Source: Fimbriosthenelais zetlandica
Lineage: Eukaryota
Direction of reading: 5' to 3'
NCBI GenBank assembly: GCA_977030845.1
Contig: OZ365114.1
Coordinates: 20,646,001 to 20,710,000, forward strand
Length of the DNA stretch: 64,000 nt
Positions 1-12,800 of the stretch are shown one piece after another (the stretch's first letter is position 1; the number at the start of each line of letters is the position of its first letter). A model generated the notes under the pieces. That model had not been told where the DNA came from and made no database searches. It saw nothing but the letters and a program-made list of their open reading frames with translations. The position numbers and the translations under genes are program-made.

Positions 1-3000
1 GGCGTCCAGTGGCTAATGGCAGACGCTAGCATTTTTCATGGCTGCAAGTTGGGAGGGGGTTCAAGGTAAAAAGTCCCTTTATAGTGGATGATATGCGAAC
101 GTTTTTGATAAAGAAAGTGTGAATTGAAGTAAAGAATATAAGTAAATAATTAGGCCTGTCTGCTTCCAATTAAAATTGGCCAGGGAAGTCCGTGTGACTG
201 ATCTCTCATTGGGCCTTGAGAGGTCATCCCCGGGTTTGGGCTCTAAATTACAGGCTAGGTTTTGAAGGAAATATTTCTATTTATGACTTCATAACTACAA
301 ATCTATCTACGTTGTCAGTACTATTGATAATTTTATAAAACAACTCATTTCAAACCATTTCTTCAATGACTGAGCGAGTCGACTTGTCATTGGGCGATAA
401 TAGGTGAATTCTGCCATTGCGGTCCATAATAATGAAGTTGGGCTGAGTTTGGGGTCGGGTTATCACTCTTCTTAGAATCAAATAAGGCATTCTTCAACCT
501 TAACGTGGTAGTAATCATGAAGACAGACATTATATTGTTAATTAATTGATAACGGAATTTGACATAAAAACTCTCAGATTAGCTAGATCTTTTGAATAAA
601 TTGAGTCCCGGCCATTGTCCATATTGGGTGATAGTGACTGGACCGGAAGTAGAAATATTACCTCTCATTTCCACATTTTGTCAAACAGTTTTGCTGAATT
701 TCTGCTTGTACAAGGCATTTCCAGCATATTTTCATCAGTTTCCTCCAATTCTCTTCAACTGAGTAGGTCTATAACAGTGTTAACAGTGGCATTAAATCTT
801 CTGATATAAGGCACTGGTCCTTCTCTGCCCTAAACCTTGTGACCCTGGTCTGGCTGGTCAGTATTCATGCTGCCAGTCATTGATTCCTGTCTTTCTCTGT
901 CTGACCACCAGATCTGCCTTAGGCATTGTCCAGCCGGTCAGGGTTCCATTAGGTCGATTATGACATTCATCACTGTCTGATGTTGTGCTAAAGCTTACCA
1001 AGTCACGAAATGGAAGTATAGGAGGGTGCAGCATTTTCTCTCTGTCAGGATCAAGGAGTAAAGCCTGATACTCAGACTCGCCTACAGAATATATAGTCCG
1101 AAACATAATGATCTCCTGTTTTTTAAATGCAAAGCATGGCCAAACTCTTTGCTAAATGTTTATAATTTTTCATATGGAAGAAAGCATAAGAGGATACAAG
1201 TCTGCAACAGATGCTATAGCTCTTGTCCTATATATTATAGTTTAATCTTCTGTATAATGTTATATAAATATTAGCTGTATGATATTTAAGCATTTCAGCT
1301 CGATTAAGTGGTTGGTTGGTGCATGTATTGTAGGGGCCAAGCAATATGATGGTCATACTCTTGGTCTGGTAATCTGGGAGTGGGGCAGTAAATAACATAT
1401 AGACATACTCATTGCGATTACCCGTGGTTGGGTAGGCCTATACTAGCGGTAGGCCTAATGTATCATTGTGATTAATTCTGAAAGGTCTCATATATCAGCT
1501 CTAAATAATTGAGGCAAAATAAACAAAATGATACATGCACATGACATTGTGTCTATAATGTCCCTGAGAATGGGGCCCGGACTATATTCACAAATATGCT
1601 ATCCCAAAGAATCATTTTCACAGCTCGAGGAGATTTATATTTTATGCTGCATGATAGTATTATTATTGATTTCTATATTCCCCATATTACTAATGATAGC
1701 CAAGATTAATAATACATAGAATAATGATTATAACATTACCGAGGTCTTTATACTAATGGGGGTCTATAACTCACATGCCTTTATGCCCTACTCATTATAT
1801 ATTCATCATTGCTTCACTCAGCCAGCCCACTAACCCTGGTGTAGGTCTGATATAGTCCTGCATCGATGGTGGAAATAAAAATAGATATAATACTTATTTT
1901 GTACATATTTATTATGTCAATGACGCTAGACCTATAGCAAATCAAATCTGCACCATGCACCACACCCTTGTCAATCACAGTAGACATGACATCGGTCAGT
2001 CCACGGACAGGTCCATGTATATCAGTTATTTACATAGACTGATTCTATATATGCATGACAAGTCCCTTTTTGTGCTAGCACACTAAGGTGTCCACCCTAG
2101 CAGAGACAATCAACATTGAGAGATCTACAAATTGCGAGTCAACTCCTGCCTCTCGCCTCGCATTCCATCAGACACGACCAGGGGTCACTTGGCCAAGAGG
2201 TCATTGGCTGACTGCTCGCCAGGGACCGCTCTGGTGTTGGCGCTGGCTACCGACATGCAAATGAGACCGGATCGGAACATGTTTGTGTCCATGTCGAGGC
2301 ATTGAGGTCCATGCATCATCCACTGACCTCTGGCTCAGAGGGCACTGGACAATGGACACATGGAACATGACGATGTGATAAAAAAAAAAATGTCATTTCA
2401 CTTGCACCGCGAAAATCTCGCCACAATCAGAGCTGCTCATCTAAATTTGGCAAATTGTAGAGATGATACCGCTCAAGAGATCTTTTTTTGCAAGAAACCT
2501 TTATTTTGTTTGGAGTGTAATTAGGCCTATAGCTTTCATACTACAGGTTTACATAACATGTATATATAGGCCCCCTATGCATCATTTTCAATGCATTATT
2601 TTTGAGGATTTGTGTGAGGATTTGTGTGGTAACATCATTCCCAACAATTTCTGAAGGCCATTTTAAATCCTTAGACAAAATAAGACCCTACATATTCATC
2701 GTACATGTAGCCAGGTATTTGCAAATAAACATGTGATGTAGGCCTATGTTTAGTGTTGTAAACAGGTTGGCAAGCTGTGGTGCGGCAAGAATAGACCAAA
2801 ATAGGTTCATGACATTCTTAAAATATATCATCTTTGTTGAATGACATTATTATGGGTCACAATAATGGAAGGCGGAGTTGTTAAAGTGAATAACATTACA
2901 CTTCACACCACCAGACCACCTCCACGCAACTCATATTTCACACAGATTGGTAACTTTAGAATATGAGCAACTTGTCATCAATTGAAAAAGGTATATGATT

Positions 3001-3001
3001 A

Positions 3002-3960
3002 CCGCCATCTTATACTGCTCATGTTACCTTTCTTATCAAGTCTTTGTCTTCAAAGTGACAAATATTTCAGAGAGACACAGAAGTGGCTATGCTCAGCTCC
3101 CAGCCTGTGTACGTTAGCCGACAACTCGCTCAGGGGTATAGCTTGAGAGTGTCGACGACAAGGCGTTGGCGCCAAGTGAGGTACTTAGAATGATAAATGA
3201 TCGGACACGACCAAACGGGGCTAGGACGACAAGCAGGGATAAAATTCCAGCTTCCACGCAACATTTCCTACACAAGCAAACCACACCAGCGCCACCCCCG
3301 GCCATGTATCCGTTATAACACCTATAGCCACCGCGCCATGCTTTACCAACGGAAATGACTCCAGCGCATGCGCGCGGCGATCGATCAAGGCTTCAGAGTC
3401 TTGACATCCATATCGCCTAGAAACAATAGGTAGGAACTCGATCAGATGATTGGCTAATTTACAGCTTGCATGTAGAGCCCAATGCTTTCTGGTCATTAAA
3501 GCGCCGCAACCGGAAGTTCTGCCTATGCGCGTCTGCGCACTGGAGTTTGTCCATGTCACTGAGCAGATTGAGTTGGCTGCGTCTGTAGGGTTAGGGCCAG
3601 AACCAAGTTGATATTTTCTCTTGACGCCAGAGGCAGTTTGGACGAGAGAAAATGGGCTTTTTGGTCAAAAACTCTGTAATGATCGGCGGCGCAATGGGAA
3701 GACAAATAGGTTAAGATAAATGATGGCTTGGGGAAGGAGGAAGGGTGGGAGAGAGACGGCAGGGGGGCTTTTTAGCTCCGGAGTTTGCGAACATAAAAGT
3801 CTTTGTGTTCGACAGTGGGGCGCGCCTAAAACAAATACGGGTTAGAAATACACACACGCTAAAACAAATGGTCCCCGCCCGGGTCCTTCCCCAGCGCGAA
3901 CTTTGACTCCAGGGGTTCAATGTTGATTACTTTTCTGCCGAATGCTGGCGGGGAATTGCA
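3002..3960. promoter_or_regulatory. CpG-rich promoter-like region
   Basis: YY1-like CCGCCATCTT 3002-3011, NRF1 palindrome GCGCATGCGC 3364-3373, CCAAT box (GATTGGCT) 3448-3455, ETS ACCGGAAGT 3509-3517, and CG-rich E2F-like stretches at 3820-3960. Confidence 0.5.
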
Positions 3961-4942
3961 AATGAATTTGATGGCTAGAGATAATGCAAGGCCTCTTGTG
4001 GGTTGAGAGTTTCTATATACACAGTGATTTGTGTGCATTTTTGGCATAACTTTCCAGTAGTAGACAGTATACATGCTTCGCGACCCTACCAGGCCAGTCC
4101 AAATTAGCCGCGTCGTTCTACCATATAAGAAATATACATTATTATGTGGCTTGAATATTATTACTATTGTATACGGATAGGCCACAGTGAATAATTGACG
4201 CATTTGCTCTTAAAGTGTACTGATAGTCATCGAATGAATATTAAATAATTGACTTTTATCATCCGTTATTTAGGGAGAGGGGACTACTTTTCTTAACAAA
4301 TATAGAGACACCGTTCGCTTTCTCAGTTAGACCTTCAAACAAAATACCTATCTATATTTGATTACCATATTTTCGTTAAAAATAATCACCAAATATAAAC
4401 CTTTGGTGACCTAGGTTGCGTTCATTTGCCATTCTCCACAGAACAGGCCCTGGAAATGATTATTTGATTTCAGGAGATTGATAAATTGGAGATTAGTGAG
4501 TGGGGAGAGGATTTTGGTGTGTATCCATTAAGAACTAATGACTTGGCACTGGTCCAGATCTTTCTTCCTGAGCCTGTATGTGTGTACATACATATAGGAG
4601 AGAGGAATGCCTGGGGGAGGGAGGGCGCCGTCCTCTTCATCTGAGGTGCACGGTGCCACCATGTTAGTAACTCTGGTCAGACACACGGCGCCAGGAGCAT
4701 GTCATTGTCTCTCCATCCTCCTCCACCTTATTCATTCTAACACCCTCCCTCCCCACCTCTCTCCACATTCATACTTACCTATACACGCATATATATCAGT
4801 AAATATTATTCATCTGGTTTGTTGAATTTGTTCGACATTGGGTCGATTTAACAATGATTATTTGATGAAAATGTAATCCATAAAATAGGCTATACAAAAT
4901 CGCACTCAGAAATATGTTGTTGGTGGGAACTTTGGAATCAGG

Positions 4943-5040
4943 GAGAGAGAGAGAGAGAGACAGTGAGAAGGAGAGAGAGGGATAGAGAGAGAGAGAGAGA
5001 GAGTGAGGATCGAGGGAGGGAGATAAAGAAGTGGGGGAGA
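4943..5040. repeat. Imperfect (GA)n microsatellite
   Basis: GAGAGA runs visible directly. Confidence 0.9.
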
Positions 5041-5659
5041 ATGAGGGAAAACCTGCACATTTTTATTCGAAAAGTGAAGCGTGTATTAAGAATATTAATA
5101 AAGGAGGGCAATGTTGAGACATGATGAATGATGGGTATTATATTAATAGGCGCGATTCCACTCAAGAACCTTCACATCAAACACTCGCTCCTTTCCCCTG
5201 CTTTAGATGACATTTCTTTTCATCTTTGAAGCATGCAGAGGACGGCGTGGAGGGTCGGTCGGCAGTAGTTCTACCTCCTCTTCTTGGATCGGATCAGTCC
5301 TTGCAAGCTCTGAGATGATAGAGCTTTTAACTCTGTGCATGGGCTGTTTTAGCGCCCCATTCCTTCCATCCCCGTCCAATCTATCACTTCTGTATATCGG
5401 GCCTACCTCGCCCAACTTCTAATTCCCATAAATTTCTGATATTGACAGAAAAATCGAATCTTGCTTTTGCCTTTAATATTCCTCAATATATTAACACTTT
5501 CGCCCTGTCCATTGTTTGTTAATGATTGTGCGACATTATTTCTATAGACAAATAATTTTGAAAAAATCGATGACGAATATTAACTTTTGTCCGTTGGATG
5601 TTCTCCAAATTTTACTATTTAGACAGGGGTTTTCACTTCCCTTTGCTGATCCTAGATTT

Positions 5660-5830
5660 GTTCCTTAATTTCCCACGTGAATTCTATGGTCTCGCGCGAA
5701 AATTTCCCCCGCGACTTAAGATTGGTGAGCTAAATGGTTTATGGACGCGAAATTGGAAGGCGCTGGGACAGACCGGGCGCGACGCGGGAGGCTCGGCGGG
5801 AGGAGGCGGGGTGCGCGCCGTCATGGTCTA
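5660..5830. promoter_or_regulatory. GC/CpG island with E2F-like sites
   Basis: GCGCGAAAA (TTTTCGCGC) around 5694-5702, CGCGAAATT around 5746, ATTGG 5721, GC boxes (GGCGGG) 5795-5811, and TTCCCACGTG (overlapping CSL site and E-box) around 5670. Confidence 0.45.
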
Positions 5831-6992
5831 CAACAAGTAGTTATGATGGGCGCCATCAGGTTAAACCATTGAGACACTGACCAGTGGTCAGCTTCCTCGT
5901 GGGAGACATTAGATCAGCTCTGTATTGACCACATGCTTGATCCCTGGACCTCGGCAATGACCCCACCCCATGTTTAAAATAATTATTCAGTTAAAAAATA
6001 GGCATCTAGGGCTCAGTCTTCTTCTTACCTAATTAATTTCAAAGCATTTTACCTTATTGTGTATGCGATATAATATCATTCAATTTTTATACGGACTTTG
6101 TTGAAAAAGTAAGATTTATTCTCAAATATTCCTACGTTGGTTCAGGCGAGGTGTAGTGAGAATGTGACGCGATATAGGCCTATTATCGAGATTTCTTATT
6201 CTATGTTTTTCATTCTGAGAGGTTTCCCTCAGTATCGAAGCACCAAAAACGTTGTATTATGATTCATATAATTAAATTTGGGAAGTTTGAAAAGTAGAAT
6301 TGAATAGGAAATTTTAAATGTTAGGCACCGAATACCCATACTTGTCGATAAGCTTCCCATATCGGACGCGTTCTCTGTTGGAACCCCTAGTAGTATATGG
6401 CAAGTGTTCACTGCTCCATGTATTGTCGTGGCAAGAAGTATGTCTAGCTACAGTTTAAAAAACGTCTTTTGCGTCTTTTATTATTTAAAAGAATTCAAAT
6501 AATCTTCTGAATGTCACAAGGATCTAATTTGGAAAGTTGACGCCACTTCCCACCCCTTGAACATTACATTATTTTAGGAGCACCGATTTGTGATATTTTG
6601 TTTTCATTTTTATTTACATATCCTTTTAATCTTAGACCTTGGACGAACTGTAGTTGTTGGCATCAATACAGAAATAAGTCAAAAACCACAAAATGGAACT
6701 CTTTTCTTAAAAAATCTCAAACCAAGCTACTTCTGGCCTGGAAGTTCAAGGTGGCGCGGTGTGGGGGCGCCACTGAGGCGGTAAACCGGTCATGAGGCCT
6801 CGCCAAGTCCTCCTCTAACTCCTTGTCTGTCTCCTCAGGATGTGACGACATTATAACAATCAATGTCTAATTAAATCACTGTTGTCATGGAAACCGCATG
6901 GATGTCCATCTTTTAATGATGACAGTAATATGGTGATGAGGATCAATGACTAGCTCACTGTGTATGTTAAGAGTATAGAGAGACCAGACAGA

Positions 6993-7375
6993 CAAGACAG
7001 TTTACTTTGTTTACCTTTACAATTAATAGCCGTCTTTATACAATGAAGAGGTTCACATAGGTGTATCCTATAGACTATATTATCATTCTGTGTTGTTCAA
7101 AGATTCTAATAACGTGAAAATTATGGTAAATTATTTCTAGATATTTAGGTTTGTTTGACTTTCTTTAATCCAGACATGCAGGCAAGACAGTTTACTTTGT
7201 TTACCTATACTATTAATAGCTGTCTTTATACAAAAATGTCCACATGGACCTACTGTATAGACTATATTATCACTGTGTTGTTATCTAATTATACACAGAT
7301 TCTCATAACGTGAAAATGATAAATTTAGTGGGAAATTATTTCTAGACATTTGTGTCTGTTTGACTTCCCTTAAAT
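6993..7375. repeat. Diverged tandem duplication, two ~190-bp units
   Basis: caagacagtttactttgtttacct...attaatagc.gtctttataca...tagactatattatca...ataacgtgaaaat...aaattatttctaga...tgtttgactt recurs starting at 6993 and 7183. Confidence 0.88.
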
Positions 7376-9685
7376 ATAATAGCAGTCCTCTTGGACCCGC
7401 AGAGTTAGGGGAAATATTTATCCATTGTTAAGATTAGATAAAAGCAGAAAGTCATAATTCATAGAGAAGCCCATCAGTGGGCGCCTTATAATGAGGTAAG
7501 TAGGTCCTCTTTCTGCCCCCCGTCTCTAGATGAGAAGGCGCGGTGGCCGGGGGCCAGTGACGGACTCCCCGCTGTGTTGGGGCCGTCTCTAGGCCAGCTG
7601 CCGGCCGGTCTCACCCTCCCATGGCCGCTCCACGGCTCATACATCACTCCTTATGTGACATATCGCTTGTCTACAGGGCTTTTGTGCAATGCAGGACGCT
7701 GTGTATGTACACTATAGCAGTGTTGAGGCTTCACTAAGTGAGGTGGCTTCACACCCCAATAGACAACAGCCACTAACACCCCTCTACATACCCTACCCCT
7801 AGAGACTGAGATCCTCACTACAGTTACCATTCTCTAACACGCATACCCTTATAACAGCACCCTTTTAAATTGACATTTATCAATTATGTTCCATACAGAC
7901 TAACTATTGAAACAGCTGTTTTTTTATGATCCACGGTTAATTCGAGATACTCTCATTTTGAGTAGGAATCGTAGGACAATTCTATTCAAAATATGTTGGG
8001 GTCAAATTCATTGGTTGAAAAGGACATTCAAGTGTGGAATGACTGTGCTCAATACTCCATATTGAATGAATTCATGTAAGTGCATGGAGGGGAGTTGATT
8101 AAGTGGGTAATAATATCTGATTTATACCGCTTTTACCACATCTTGTTTATAATGAGCCCTAATTGAGATCTTCTTTAAGAGATTGCTGTCATGTTTCCCC
8201 TTGTCGCCACTCTTTAATATCAGCCTTTCTCATGGGCAAAGATGGCTCAGTCAATTAAAGGTAGCAAATCATCAGTATACACATTACAATGATTTAAGGT
8301 CATCGCCAAGTCTGAGACTGACCGTTACTTCTTTATTGGAAGATAAAAAACCTAACCTGGATGGGCCTACATATTTATAAAATATAAACCAAGATCCGTT
8401 ATATACCTTACAATATTTTATTTCTGTCATGCAAACTCGACTATAGAGGACATGGGCCTGCATAATAAGGATTTTATTTTTCGAGCTGGTCCAGGTCGAC
8501 ACGCGAGTTGGAGAGAGCAGGATTTCCTATATTAGCAAATTCAGACGAGGAACTGTCGGGTGTTAATGGTTTTTTGACATGTCCATGATCTCTGTGTGTA
8601 GCATGTTTCTGTGAACGTGAGCATGTCACCAGACCAGCATGGTGACAGCAAGCACTCGCCTAATGCTTAATATTACCTATACCCACAGTCGTTATCAGTC
8701 GATATCCCAATCTGTCTCCACATTCTGACAGGTTCCGCATTCATCGTCATGTTATTTATATTTCTCTGTTTGTTTTGGGTCTTTATTACACTTACTTTAA
8801 TTATTATATTCTTGTTATTTATCTCATGAAGTCGTGCGCTGAATGGCGCTGTTTTGTGTTAACTACTGTGCCAATAACACACGGAAGGAAGTGGATGGTG
8901 ATATAGTGTATACGATCATTTATTAATTTCGTATTAATTTCACAATTGATTTAATTTAATACCAAGATATTGTGTTAAAATCCCCATATGGAATGGTCCT
9001 TTCAAAATCAATGAACAATGACGTACACTAGAGGAATGAATCTTTAAATTTGGATTCATCATAATTTCATGAACTATATATATAGGCCCTATATCTGATC
9101 TTTGCAGTTGTAATTACTGAAGCAGCTGCTTAATATGTTTGCCATAATGCCAATATTCTGGGAGAGGAAGCAAGGGAAGACACAAAAGGCAATCAGTGTC
9201 ATGTCTGCTTGTGACGGGGGAAGGTCAGCAATTAAGTGCTTGATGCACTGATTGGTCTTCAAGTTAAATCTGATCTGTGTGCATGTTGGCTTCCCCCACC
9301 CTCCACCCCCATTCCGGTCATCACGCTGTAGTTATAGGCCAAGGCAATTGGATTGGAGGCGTGATTTTGGAGTGCAAAATAGAAATATAATTATCTCAGT
9401 AAAAAGGGTTTTCTTAAGAATGATATTTTCCTTGTGCATTTCAACGTTCGGCATGTCCACCATTTATCAGTAGCATTAATACTGCTGGCATCATGGCATG
9501 AGCTAACGAAACATGTATATGGTGTTTAGCCTTAATTGCCGATAGCAACAACAATCAGCCATACCACAGCCGCCTGTGTATGGACTAACCAATGTTACCA
9601 ATGTAACCCGAGAGGTGATGGCTGTAAAATTCAATTATTCCTTACCACCAGGTCCATTGACTTCCAACTGAATATTTGATGATGG

Positions 9686-9822
9686 ATGATGGGTGTGTGG
9701 GTGATATGGGTGTGTGTGGGTTGGGGTGTGTGAGTTGGTGTGGGTAGCTGCATGGTGTATTGTGGTTATCAGTATGTGTGAATGTTGTGTGGTGGGGTTG
9801 TTGGGCAGGGTGGGAGGAGGCA
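9686..9822. repeat. TG/GGT-rich low-complexity tract
   Basis: gggtgtgtgg-type repeats. Confidence 0.7.
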
Positions 9823-12800
9823 CACCTGTCGGTAACCTGCTAATCGATTATTATCTAGCGTCAGGATCAGGATAATTGATGGATGAACAGCTCTGACCCC
9901 TGTCAATGATCATCAGTCTACTGTACATCATATGTAATCGTCTCTCATCTCCCTCCTGACAAGTCTTGTAACTTGAGATGGTGCTCCAGCTTTGTATGAA
10001 TATCAAGTTGATATTCATATGAAATACAACGATTAAAATACAGAGCCTTGATCACTGACTGACTAGCTAAATGATTTATTAACCTATTGACCGACGCAGG
10101 CCTGACTGTCATGGTGACATCAAGGCCAATGAATTTTATTCTAATGTTCCAATGAGGGAATAATATTGAAATAACTAGGTCATTCTGAAAATCATAATGA
10201 AAGAATGCATGCGTTAAATTTATGAAATATTACACACGAGAATATGCCACCCTCACTTATTGCAAGTATCGTCCCATTATATATATATGCTCGCCCTTGG
10301 TCCCAGGATTTACCCCAAAATTTATCGACAAACTCGAATTTTGTTGAACATGAAGTGGACGAACTTTATTAAACTCAGTACATTCGAAGTATTGGAAAAC
10401 TTTAGACAACAGTAAGACAAAAATCTTTCCTATTATATAAAATTTCAAGATTAACCTAAAGCTAAAAATAAGCTTAAGTATTAAACCATTATTATTGCGG
10501 AAGACTGTAATAAATTATAAAGCTATGTTTACATTTTCGCACATTGATCTGTGTACACTATATACAGCGTGAATAAGGTCATTGCCCCATTGATCTATTC
10601 ACATATTTTAATAATATTAATATAATACATGTATAATATAAAAAGTCAACAATTCCCTTAGTTTTATGTAGTTTGTCATGATGTGGCAGTTATTGCACCT
10701 TTAAGCCCCATATCCTCTTAGCCGTTCCTATAGGTACGTCAATTGACAATTTGCAACTGAGATACGGAAAGACGAAGAGCATGATATAGTTCCTCAAACA
10801 TATTTGATAGTATAATATTATATTAAGTCCTGACAAAAAACATACATTTATGTCATAAACCTGATAGCTATATATACATGCGTGTATTAACATAATACTT
10901 GATCTGTCTTTGGTCTTGGTCCCCTTCTTATCTGAAGGGTTTTCGATGAAAATTTCTTATCGTTTTACAGGTTTGAGAATATTTTATACATGTACACGTG
11001 TATGACTATAATTATTTCTTTTGGCCAAGAAACAAATGAACAAAACTAAAGTCCCATGTCCACTGGGCCATTTCCTTTACATATACGTCAGTCGGCATTT
11101 CTATAGCTTTTACCTGGCAGTTATACTCGTGGTCTTTTTCTTGACACAGTGACTCACATTAGTCCTAACTGCATGAACATAACATTCTGATGAGATCCCA
11201 AGTTTGTCCCTGATATAAACATGCTCACATAGTGGGTGGGTAGCAAGGAATATGTGCAATGGTGTATAGTTAAAGCTGCATGAGTGTGTACAAGCAGGCA
11301 CCGTGAATGCAATGTCCATAGTTATGTACATTTTTGGCAAATGATTCCAATGGGTTTTTCTAAATGCATTTAATATACCAAATTCACAGGCATTCTACCA
11401 GTTCCGGTTCTGACATAAATTGTATCTGTGGAATAGAGAAACGTGCAGGGAGGGTATATATATTATGGTCGACTCTTCCCATGGGTTTGACCCGTTTGAC
11501 CTCAGCACAATAGGAAAGTGGACAAGGGTCAGCCCTGTACTCACCCCATGTGTGTATAATTTGATGAGAGTGGTCAGGTAGATTGTGTGTTTACATGTCT
11601 GCAGGTAAATGCTCTATACCCCTAGTGTTTAACATATGACAGATCCCACGATTTTCAGTCCGCGATTGGACTCTGTTCAATCCATGTATAAAAGACAGGT
11701 ATGTACATGAAATTTGTGCACACCTGAATAATAAACATCAAACGTATTGAAGAATCAAGGCATTAGTCAAGTTTGTTCAGTGCCATTTTCCATCCCAAGT
11801 CATTTGGGAAGGAATAATTTCTTGTTAAATAGTGTGTCTAGTGAGAACAATATAGAATCTATATATACATGATGATGTGCCTGTGAAGTTGGCAGCACAA
11901 TAAAAGGGGACATATCACCTAAATGTAACCACCTACCAAACGTCCCCTCTGGCTCCATAACACTGCTTTACTGCCTTTTGTATAATTAAGCTGTGCCCAA
12001 AGAAGGCTTAGCTTGTTTGGACTTAAGGTGCATTTCCCCCTTTAAATCTTTGACCTTGTCTTATAATTATGCTGCACTGCATTAGGAGTACCAACTACTA
12101 GAGGACATTTGGCTTATACATGAGACCTTTTAAACACATTTATTTTTTTATATCTTGTTGTACATGTATGGCATTATGTAAGTTAGATGTAGAGAGTCGC
12201 TGTACTAGTGCAAAGATTATAGCCTATATGGTTTGCTATAGTTGAGTGCCAAGAGAAGAGGAGGCCACCCCTTCAGCTGGAGGAAGGTGGGTGAGTAGTA
12301 AAGGTCACAGCTGGCTGACCTCACGCAAATGTCGATCCCCTCTCTACTATAGCTTTGGCACCGGATCAGGGGCCTCTTGACCCGGACTGACAGTCTTTCA
12401 ATGCACAAAGACACCAATAGTGCTTCTAACGTGTGACCCTGGGTCACACCTTACTCATTAGACCGCTCAGAAGGGGCAATGAAATGCATGAAGTCGCCAG
12501 CAAGAACCAAAATGCTCTGTCTGAAGACGAAGTGCTTTTATAAGATAATGCCCCGAACTATAATGCTCTTGTATCTTGCCAATTCATACGTAGAATCCAT
12601 ATCATTTCACTTTCAACAGTTGTCCCAACAAATATACTGTTGTTCTACCCATACTAAACCTGCAGTATAGCTTCTGTATATCATGGGTTACATACAACCT
12701 ACGTTAACACGTTAGCATTAACACTCTCACTCTAGCAGTTCCTTTTTGACCCTTTAGGAAGCTAGCAAACCAAGCAGCAATCTTCCACCTGCACTAAGCT

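Noticed and set aside
10916-10927. TTGGTCCCCTTC, matching the 5' part of miR-133
   Set aside because: The 3' half of the mature miRNA is absent and no precursor hairpin is evident.
11110-11120. TTACCTGGCAG (and ATACTTACCT at 4771), resembling the U1 snRNA 5' end
   Set aside because: No downstream U1 sequence or Sm site. These are simply reverse-complement donor-like motifs.
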